A stretch of DNA of 64,000 bases from Trichoplax adhaerens (lineage: Eukaryota > Animalia > Placozoa). The stretch covers positions 1,550,001-1,614,000 of the forward strand of contig NW_002060954.1 in NCBI RefSeq assembly GCF_000150275.1, written 5' to 3'. The position numbers and the translations under genes were made by a program. Every line of letters starts with the position of its first letter. Positions within the stretch are counted from its first letter, which is position 1. Under the pieces are notes generated by a model. It was not told the DNA's origin and searched no databases. It was given only the letters and a program-made list of their open reading frames with translations. Positions 53,801 to 64,000 of this stretch are shown here, one piece after another.

Positions 53801-56800
53801 GCATTTACTCGCATGGGTGCGTAGTTATTGACAATTAGCTTCGTAGTACCCGTTGGAATAAGGAAGGATACAGTCAAATTACAGTCATTCCGATAACTTA
53901 CGAAAGGATACTATTTCCTTCTACTATATATGCGTGGTAATTTTGCATAAAATACTGTAATCTCATCTAAGAATCTTCATTATCACCGATTTTTAGAGTG
54001 CTTCAGTGATGTCACTTATGATAGTTTTTTTATTATTGCACGGTACAGTAAATTTTTTACATTTTGCTCACCAGATTATATCATATTTTGATAAGTAATA
54101 CCGAGTAGAATATGTGGGACTTATTTTAAAATGGCTGTATTAGTTATACGGACGAAATAATATCTACGTATAATATTGTAACATTCGATAAAGATTATAT
54201 AATAGAAATATGAAGACTACAGTGTATATATATATTTATGTGGTAAGTTCCAGGTATGTCACCATGTGATATGGTACGTCGGATTAAATTAAAAGAATTA
54301 CTATGTACCAGCTGTAATGATATTTATGTTATATTACTATTGCTACATATAGACAAAGGGGTTATAGGATCAAAGCAGTATTTTGAAAGGTACACAATTC
54401 GTGGTAAATAATTAATATCTGTGTCAATAGTAATGGTAGAATACGCCGCAAATACAAGTATAGGTACAATATACTGCAGACCACTATTTAAAAATGCGGT
54501 AAATTTTTTTGATTTATTTTCATAATTAATGTATTAATGATATATATAAATATAAGTGCATTGTATGTGTTAGAATGATGATTATCATTGAAAATCAGCA
54601 TTGAGGTGCTACATTAGCAATGAATAATCACAGGAGGTTTTGTAACAAAGTGCCGTTGTTATCAAAAATAAAAGAGTTGTAGTACTTGTATCGGGTTTTC
54701 ACCAGTAGCATGCAAATTTTCATGAAAATGCAAAGCACCAGTAATGCAATAGTTTTCGTTAAGTTACCTGTGCTCTGCATTTAATTTTTTCATGATAAGA
54801 AAAATTCAAATTCAAGTTGTTACAATTTAAAGATAAAATGTGAATAAATAACTTTAAGGAAGTAAAGTCAATACTTTCGTACAGATCTCGATTTCTCTTT
54901 TCTTAATGACTTACTGGATTACTTATTTCACACAGTTAAGCAAAATAAGTCAGATGTTAAATATCCAAGATGTAGTACAACAGCTGTGCGTAATTTTCCA
55001 TTTATCATATAATGACATCAAAAGCTATTTTGATGTTGTAGTGCAGAGGAAAATTTAACAAGAATGATTTAAATTTCTTTAATGATATGATATTACAATG
55101 GGCAGTTCAATGTATGATATCCAAATATCAAAAATTAGTAAGAATGTCCAAGAGCTATTAGGCTACCCGATTTATAATGGCTTATCTAAATATTATGTCC
55201 TACTATAAAATTACAATTTGAAATAATAATACCGGTAATAGTATAATATGATGATAATAACGCAGTCGGTCATAATTTTGTGCTTATCATTTTCAACTGT
55301 AGACGGTAATAGGCATGTTTATTACCATTGAAATGATCACACATTTTAGAATCTGGTTTACATACGTACTGATTATAGCAGCACTTCAACCTTTAAGAAT
55401 TAATTACAAGAGCATCTTAAATTTTACCCAAGTGGACCACTAAGGAAGTAGTCTATAAATTATAGAAACTACTATAGTAGTCGGATCAATGGTCTAATCT
55501 TCTTGATTGATCAGAATGGATTACTCATGTTTTTGCATCATATTTTCATACAGTATAGCGGATTAAAAGGGGTGTGCGATGAAATTTATGATGAGGAGTA
55601 ACAGAACTTGCAGAGTAATTAGAAAAAATAACGACGCATCTCACATCTAATTTTACCCCCTCTGTTTCATTTATAATTGCTTAGCTATAGGAGCAGCCTA
55701 ATCTAGTAAAAGCTTATAAAAAATTAAATTCATAGTGCGATGTTTATCGTCAGGTAAAGACTATATTATACAGTACATACATGTACAGTATACACCTTTA
55801 GTTACACGCGTATAATCATCTGATGGATAAGAGTGATATCATACGAATTAGATTCCAAGGAAGCACAGAAGAGCAAATCTTGGATTTTGATAATCATAAA
55901 TGATTGTACGTACAAATAATACATGTGAAATAGCAAATTAAGTAGCACGGCAAATCGGATGTTAGTAAACCGACTTCATGTCGGTAGCTTTCAAAAAGTG
56001 AAGAAGAAGGTAGTAATAAAATACTGTAGTAAAGGCTAATTATTAATATACAATTTCTGATAATTGCTTTAAAGTACAGTTATTTTATTCGCCCAAAAAT
56101 AATATTATGGAAGGTTTTGATTAATGACGCAAGGGTAACTTTACATAACAATTTCAGTCCACTTCATTAGTGTTTTGTCAATTTTAAGTCAACATATTTA
56201 ATATTATTCGTAAAGCTATACTTCACGAATTGAAAAGTTATATGACCAGGAATACTTAATACAATATGGATCAATTATACACTGATCGCTATTTTTCACC
56301 GGGTGTTTAATTTTATCTTTAAATGACATTATAGTATGATACGAGCGAGCATATGGAGAAAATAACCAAAACGATAAAAGTCTATCTCAATAAAGTGAAA
56401 CTGTTACAGTGGGTCCACTAAGTAATTTTTCAACATCATTCTATGATCGATCTATGTAAAATAATGAGCAGAACAAAGGTCGCGAACTACGAAAAATAAG
56501 CTAGTCGATCACAAAAACTACCGTATTATGTCAACGGAATAGTTGCAGTGTCCTAAATATTTTAAAATATAGCTAAATCAGCGATCGTCGTATTATTATC
56601 AGGCCTAAAAAATGCTTTAATAAATTCTATGACCTCTTTGTTTCCTATCATTAATCCAAAGACTATTGCACTACTTGAAAATTATAGTTTACAAACAAGC
56701 AGCATGAAATTACTTAGTATTTTACTCCAGTTAGTACATATGCGTATTTACCATGTTTCGACTTTAATCCTAATTTGACCTTTCCCAGGATTTTCAATAG

Positions 56801-56897
56801 GCCTATTGAGTATCTGTAATTTATCTAAGCTACCATAACCGGTTAAAACTAAGCACTTATTCATTTCTTTGGATACACTCTCCTCTTCAGTAGCCAT
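50881..56897 (-). CDS. VAT1: VAT-1 homolog, copy B (VAT1L-like acidic tail), with a ~3.2-kb first intron
   Basis: MATEEESVSKEMNKCLVLTGYGSLDKLQI start. Motifs: TCGLNFSDIMIRQG, EEGAAIPMNY, HSAGGGVG, GIDLVLDSLGG, MQRKNIGKVLLSP, then an acidic extension. Intron positions match copy A. Confidence 0.92.
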
Positions 56898-59699
56898 TCT
56901 AAGTACAAATAAATTCGAAAAGTGGCTTTTTGTTTATCGTTCAATTCAATCTAAGGAGAAAAAGTAGAGTGTTGATATTTTCTTACCGTTCTATCGATGG
57001 GAAGTAATTCACTCAAAGGAGAAAAAATGAAATAATAGATTTATCAGCGATAGTTGCAGAGAAAGGAAAAAAAAATATCCGGTGGTACAATGGGAGTTTG
57101 TCCGACGTTAGAGACTTTTAGAGTTGGTATCGACACATTTATACCGTGCGAGTATTGCTCTTTTAGCAGTAGCTTAGTGAAAATACTTTGGATAGTGAGC
57201 TATAGTCTATACTCTACCATCAACGGTATATTATCCTTAATATTAGAAACAAAGTTTTGCACAGGACTGTAGATGTTTACTGATCAATTTACTTTCCAGT
57301 ACAATATACTCAAGACTTATTAGTGTTTGTCTTGAAAGCCTTGCCACGTGTCTTCACAATTTGAATCATGAATCACAAGTATGCCGATAACTTCACGGGT
57401 TTTCACCAAAAGCATGGAGTTAACTGGCTAGTCCATACATTTTGTGCTATGTCCACGTGATTTTGCCAATAATAAATTAATTTCATGTGGTTGATAATAA
57501 TGTGATTCTTAACCATAAATCTTCTGCTAGTGTCAATTTGCCGATAATTAAAACGATTTTGTATTCACTGGATTTGAAATTCATATTTCATGTATCAAGT
57601 TGGCATAAAGAAAGCTACAGTTTATCTTAATTAACATGCAGTACAGTTCATTAAAATTTTATTGATGCTAGACAATGTAGATTTAGAAATTCGCTAGCAA
57701 TAGCTCGCGTGACCTTTCTACACCATACATTACGAAATTAGAGTCGCTCTCACTTGTACTTAAGCACTTTTGTAAAACTACGATTTATAATTTTCACAAT
57801 ATTCAGTCTCGATATAGTGTGCTTCACATGGTGGTACAGCCAGCCATACAACTGCTTACCCTGGTGATTGTTATTAAGAGCTATGTTTAAATTCCGCTAT
57901 GCTACTTTAAAATTAATATTCTATATAGATCACAGCATAACTGTTACTATCAATTCAAAGATGAGCGCGACAAAACCATATCGAAATTTGGTACCTTAAT
58001 TTCTTGGTTCTGTTGTACTCTGTCGAACACGAGGACTGTATTTGAACTAGTTAGTTATTTTTCCTTACGCTAATATTTATATTTTAGATTTAATGGTATA
58101 ATCAAATCGAAATTTCATCAGTAAGCGTCCCTAAAGAATATTTTATTCCATTTACCTTCTATTTCGTAAAAAAACTGTTCTATAGTCTATCCGACTTCAT
58201 TTAAAACTACGTGCGAGTAATTTGGTTTTATATTTCATTTAATACTTCACTGCAGATGTGATTTGAAAATTTTATTGATTATTGGCTACCATTAGCTTGC
58301 CAATGAAAAGTTGTTTTTGATTTTACTCTCTATGAGATTCTTACGGACACATTTAATTTTTTATTGGTAACGCTATCGTATCATCTAAAATCGTACGAGT
58401 GCCTCTATTCGTCGTTAAATTGTATATCTTTTGATTCCAGTAGTATTTTATTATTCTTCTCATTATTTTAAAGAATCCTCATATAATAATACTGTATACT
58501 CGTATATGGACACCTAAAGCTAACTTTTTTCGAGTTATAAAACGATACCGTTTTGAGCATCTATTGTCTTTAATTGTACATTTGTAAATGTCTATTTACC
58601 GGTAAATTGAAATTCATTAATCCTCTCATTCTGCCGAACAAATTAAAACATACTTATTCTTAGAAATCTAAGAATATTAATTATCGACAACAATGAAACT
58701 ATGTAGGAATTGGGCTTTCAGTTACTTATATGAAGGCGTATATATTACTAGCCACACTTTATCTCTACAGTGTTGTAGCAAGGTGATTTCAGTATTACTG
58801 AATAATGTATCCTCACTCTATGTAAAGCAAAGAGAAACATTACAGCACAACATCTCTGCGGGAAAAATCCACTTCCCTTTTAATATAATGATAGACATTG
58901 TACGTCAATTTGCACCGAATTGACAATGTTAAACAGTTATACCATATACCAATCGTGGCGTAAACATCGGCGGTGTTCAAGTAGTGTAATGCCTCGACTT
59001 TTATTAATATCGATCATTTATTATAAATTGCTTCTTAATTAGTAAATTTTTGCAGCACATTATGCATTTGAAATAAAATAAAAGTATTTCATAATAAATA
59101 TGTGAGCAAATTAAACGTACAGTACATGTTGGGATATATGGGTGAAATTATGTAGTATCTTGGTTGTAATTGATTGCTTGCATATTACATCAAAATGAAG
59201 AAATTTTGCTAAAAAGGACGCTAAAATTATTAAATATTGAAATTTTGTATTATGACCGCTAAGTAGTTTTGAAAAGATAGTGTCCACAATATTGTACAGT
59301 ACAGTATGTTATTTAAAATTTTACCATACAGGAGTTAATCCAAGCTGCTGTGGCGTTCCGCTTTCTACTATCTACCGACTTTACCCTCAAGTAGTGGCAT
59401 GAAAGCAGCGAATGGCGATGCAGATAGTTAACTGCCGATGCAAATGTCCCATTTAGTAACTGAAAATTATATTGGTCAGAAGACCTTGAATTTTAGGGGC
59501 TAGTTGATAATTTGCGAAGTCATTAGAGTAAAAGAATGTAAAATCCTTTTAAATTAAAGAACTTTCATGGATGTAAGCTGATGACTGATAGGAATCATGT
59601 AGTGTGTATTAGTTCTAAAACGAGCAAATAGCTAAGTTAGGTAAGCTTAATTAATTAACATTTCGGTATCTGAAAATGGATAATAATTTCTTGTTTTGT

Positions 59700-62238
59700 T
59701 TAATCCTCATCATCCTCATCGTCGTCATCCTCAATTCGACCTTGAGTCTCTGTTGCATTTAACGACGTAGTGGAGTGTGCCTTCGTGATATCCAGTCTTG
59801 GACTGAGACTGTTGGCCTGTATCATATTTCGGAATTCCTATCGAGCGACATAGCAAAGGATTAGATATATATAAACAAGGCCGGTACGGTAATTCATTTC
59901 GTAAACAGGGCTTCAATGATAGAATCGCTTAGAAAACGGGTTTTATATTTATACCTCCAAATCTTCTTCCTCATTAATATTGGCAATGTATTGATCTGCT
60001 AACGTAAGAACTTCGAGCGCTTTCGCATGATAATGCATAGCACCGTGTATATAGTTGCCAAAGACAATCTTTAAAAACGTATGAGAAATGAAGTCATCAT
60101 AGATAAATAGGCATTAATTGTCATTTTAAATGGATAGTTTCTAACCTTAATATCCCGAATCTTCTCCTTCTCAAAATTATCCATTTCTTCTTCGAGAGAT
60201 TTAGTCTGCTTTTCAGCATCGTCTCTAATTTTGCTAGTATCACTTTCCAGCTATGATGTAAAGATAAAAATGAATTATGTACTTCTATTTCTCTAGCTTA
60301 CTACGACGTATGATTAGGGATGAGGTAGATAAAATTTCTGTTATTATCGATTTTTATTTTTAATTACCTGCATCTGATTTTATGTTATAATAAATTAAAG
60401 CAATGAGTTAAGGATAAAGCTTTTAGCCTATTGCATTATGAAATTTTATGTCATCGAGCCCTCGTGCCATTGTTTCCATACTAAATATATGCTAAATCAG
60501 ACAGCTATGTCTCATATACGTATTAGCAATAATTCTGTACTCGTATTACATAGTTATCAAGATACGAACACAGAGTTAATTAGCTCTCTATGCGTGCATA
60601 GTTTGATTATGCAAGTATCAATAAATAACAAAGTTGTAAAAAATTAATCTCTTATTGGAACACAGATATACTAATTATGAAAGATACAATTTTGCTTTTA
60701 TTAGCTGGCTCTTTTCCTTTAATTCTTTCCAATTGTTTTTCTTTAGCAAGGAGTTTATCGCGAGCTGTGAAACCATTTTTCAAATCCTCCTATTTTTATC
60801 AAAGTTCAATTAAGCAAAATGGCTTTTTATCTGGTATGTTAGAATATAAATAAATAACTTTATTATGAAACACTGTATCGTCGTTGCGTGATGCCAATGT
60901 TTCGCAACAAAAACCTATTTATTACAGCGATCATTCCAGCAGCTGTCGTACCTTCATATGTCTGCATGTGTGACTATATCGAGAAAATGGCTCTATAACT
61001 TTATTTTCAATGTGATCAGCCTAAGAAATAATTGTTAACACCGAGTTAATAGCACAAATAACTTTAAATTCTTAAGTAGTTACTATTTACTAATGTATAG
61101 CAATAGATAAAAGGGAGGTAATTTTGCAAGGTGTAGATATATGTTGGATTTCGTCGCTTGATACTAAGATTCAGGATCTTACATGAGCTTGCATATGGCT
61201 TTGCAAGGCAAGAAAGCAATCTACAAATCCTCGTAAGCCGTTCTTAATAGAAATGGATTCTTCATCAGCATAGTCATTAACAGCTTTTGCAACAAGTTCT
61301 GATCGCAATTTCAGTCTGCCCGTCTTGGTGGCTAACACTTGGAATCTCTGGTTAATTATGGCCAGATGTTTTTCCACTCTGGTAATTCGTTGGCTCAAAA
61401 ATTTAAATTGGGCATCTCTATTTGCTCTAAAAAACGATATCCCATTTAATGAAGATTCCTTGCATATGCTACAGACCTCGACAGTTGGCCTTTAAAATGC
61501 TATCTCAAATTTATAGCTGAATGAGAATTTGAAACGGTTTAATATTACTATAAAGCAAATCATCCGTAATGGAAATGATACGATAAAAATATTTGAATTT
61601 CTAATACCGCACAGAATTTATGCTATTTAGTAATAAAGAAACTACAAATCGCTCACTTGTAGGCGAGCATCAACGATTCCACACTTTTTCACTGGAATGT
61701 AACGCCTACAATAAAATGCTGTGCACCTATACTGTATTTTATCTACCAATCTCTGCTAGACAACGATATTTTAATAGAGCGTAAGGATTAAATACACATT
61801 GTTATCTATGGGAAAATGTTCATTTCTTGTCAATTTTAAATAATATGAGAGTGATGGTGAGTGGGATTTATTAATCGACCGTAAGGCACAGCAGTATGTT
61901 TACTGTGCATACTGTGTTCGTACAGTACATGTATATCTAAAGTGGCGTTTAATCGTGCAATATGAAATGTTTATACATGCATTTAAATTTTATTTTGACT
62001 TTTTAGTACCTATCCAGGGTAAATTAACAAATTTAGCCGCAGAAATAATAATTGCTTCTCAGTACATTATCGCTTCGATTACATTTTTAACAATATTAGC
62101 CTAGCATAAAAATATATGTATAGTATATGGCCTATCTCCACTTATGACATGATTATCATTACTAGAGTTATGCTGCAATATTACTTACCTTTCCCTCTTG
62201 TTAGTAGGGCTACCAGGCGTATCCAAAAAAGAGCTCAT
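59700..62238 (-). CDS. CIBAR1: FAM92/CIBAR (CBY1-interacting BAR domain protein, ciliary transition zone)
   Basis: MSSFLDTPGSPTNKRE|RDAQFKFLSQRITRVEKH..KTGRLKLRSE.., LEEEMDNFEKEKIRDIK, YHAKALEVLT..INEEEDLE|EFRNMI..PRLDIT.., acidic tail ending TAA 59702-59700. Likely co-orthologue of CIBAR1/CIBAR2. Confidence 0.9.
60368..60373 (-). other. CIBAR1: 6-nt microexon (ATGCAG = MQ) in FAM92/CIBAR
   Basis: aaaatcag|ATGCAG|gtaatt, phase 0-0. Needed for a gap-free match of PANKSKI-MQ-LESD to human PSDRHVI-SQ-AETE (recalled sequence). Confidence 0.8.
60374..60687 (-). other. Probable U12-type (minor spliceosome) GT-AG intron
   Basis: 5' site ATT|GTATCTTTC (consensus RTATCCTTT, one mismatch in the core), branch-point TCCTTAAC at 60414-60407, no polypyrimidine tract, and no AG between the branch point and the 3' site. 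Confidence 0.65.
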
Positions 62239-62621
62239 TATATAGGCTATTTATTTATCCAAATTTAATAGCAGGTCCACAAAAATTGAGCTATCTTTAT
62301 TAACGTAATATATTTATATTTGCAGACGGGCTAGTTGGTTTGCTAGTTACCGGCTTATCATGGACTGCGTATATACAGTATGATTTACCTTCTGTCTATA
62401 TTGTAGTATTTTCCTCAGTGAAAGTCCACTAACAATCTTTTTAGGAATACAGTAAGCTAAATCTTTCGTTTATTCAGTTATACTATTATTTAGAATACAT
62501 GCTATTTGTTAATTAATTAAATGATGATCGATCGCCAATAATTTCACTTACTAAAGTCTAAATTAATATTAACATACATTCGAAATATCGTTGCCTAGTT
62601 TTGAAAGTGTTTATCGCAAGA

Positions 62622-62632
62622 TGCGCATGCGT
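62622..62632. promoter_or_regulatory. NRF1-like element in the divergent intergenic region upstream of FAM92
   Basis: TGCGCATGCGT versus consensus TGCGCATGCGCA. A GTTGCCTAG RFX half-site lies at ~62590. Confidence 0.45.
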
Positions 62633-63095
62633 CAAGCTTTACTTTGGCCAAGGTAGTTTCTAAGATAATGGAGGTTATCCTGGTTGGAATTATTGTCAGG
62701 GACTTTTAAGACATAAGCATTTATCTTAATAGTCCCTGAATTTATACTATCCTGTACGTTATACTGTAGTCTATGATAGTTGCTAGCCGTCAATTTACTG
62801 TACAGCAGAGGTCTGCATTCAGTAGTTCAAAAGTTATCCATCCAATGACAGAAGAAACTACACATGGACAAAACTAATGTCACTCGCTTCCTAGTGTAGG
62901 AACTACTCTAGGCACGTAATATAGTGACATATTTTGGCTTACCACTTTACACCCAAATTCAATATCACCAGGACATCCATGCTGACCCTATACTGTACAA
63001 TTTGTATATAGCGGGCAGACGGTGATACGCTGTATCTGTACAGTCTGTTCTGCGCACAACCCTTAGTAGTGCAGTCACTTCATCCAAGACTTTTT

Positions 63096-63123
63096 CCCTA
63101 ACCCTAACCCGAGCCCTAACCCG
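63096..63123. repeat. Short interstitial telomere-type repeat (CCCTAA)n
   Basis: CCCTAACCCTAACCCGAGCCCTAACCCG. Confidence 0.7.
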
Positions 63124-63277
63124 TACAGCATGGTACTACGGCACTACTGCAAGTATCGGTCACGGTCAGCACTAGTAGTCCATACGTACTCCAGTACTAC
63201 AAACAAATTTAGTGGAGTGTGGAATCCCTCGACACAACAGGTGTAGTGCTACTGCTAAGGAAGATCTCGACGTTCGC

Positions 63278-64000
63278 ATGGGTAAATCAAATCTCGGTCA
63301 AAAGCGTGGAAAAAAATCGAAGAAAAGCAACGCAGCGCCTGCTGTTGGGACCACATTTAATAGTGTGGATATTCCTATCCTGGGAAAGGTAATGAAAGAA
63401 TAAGAGATTGTAAAGTTGGAATACTAGATATTTCGTTGTATACGATTCATTCTGCCTTGAGCTCAATGCTAGCATCAGTAATTTCTGTCATAATATTCCA
63501 CAATAGACCTGTATGATGGAGTATACGGCACCAGTAGACAACCTGCTGTATAATGTATATGGGCACAATAAATTCATTTTACTACGGATGAAATAAATGA
63601 TTATTCTTCATAATGGCATGCAACCACATGCCTTGTGTACTGTACTTGTAAAGGAAAGATAGATGTTGGCTGATTGCAAGGCATGGACTACTAAATTTAC
63701 GAGCGAATGTAGTAGCCCATGACTTCGGTATAGACTGTAGCTGTAGACGTACAATTACCTTTTAGATCAGGAATGGGCAATACACCGACCATCCAAGCAG
63801 ACAGTGTCAATAAGCATAACTCAAGGTATACCTTACAATTTTCAATCTACCGCAGTATTGCCCATCCTTGCTTTAGAGATCAGCCTTGCCTGCTTGGTAA
63901 AGCTGAAAGATGAACTACATAAATGCTGTACGTGTATAGCTCGCCATTTTGCTTGCAAGATGAGGAGACTACGAATGATATCTTAATAACAATTCATATT
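63278..64000 (+). CDS. Possible 5' exons of an unidentified gene running off the right edge
   Basis: ATG 63278 MGKSNLGQKRGKKSKKSNAAPAVGTTFNSVDIPILGK ends at AAG|GTAAT. Further AG..GT-bounded open segments at ~63770-63825 and ~63876-63930. No recognisable homology. Confidence 0.35.

Overview
AT-rich eukaryotic (animal) genomic DNA with many short (~70-140 nt) GT-AG introns. Gene content, intron style and composition suggest a compact early-branching animal genome, probably a placozoan such as Trichoplax (inference, not verified). Genes from left to right: first exon of a probable secreted-protein gene (-); HYDIN (+, 16 exons, ~5228 aa, including a 9.3-kb and a 3.5-kb exon); CPSF1 (-, ~43 exons); OPLAH (+, head-to-head with CPSF1 across a CAGTA-type satellite); an uncharacterised HMG-box + dsRNA-binding-domain gene (-); two tandem VAT1-like paralogues (-); FAM92/CIBAR (-); and the possible start of an unknown gene (+). 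The main points of interest are the HMG-dsRBD protein with a mitochondrial-presequence-like N-terminus, two alignment-supported 6-nt microexons (the FAM92 one follows a probable U12 intron), localised intron absence in HYDIN, probably overlapping HYDIN/CPSF1 3' ends, and a gene set whose human homologues map to 8q and 16q. No tRNA, rRNA, CRISPR array or transposase was seen. All exon models were built by hand and human sequences were recalled, not searched.
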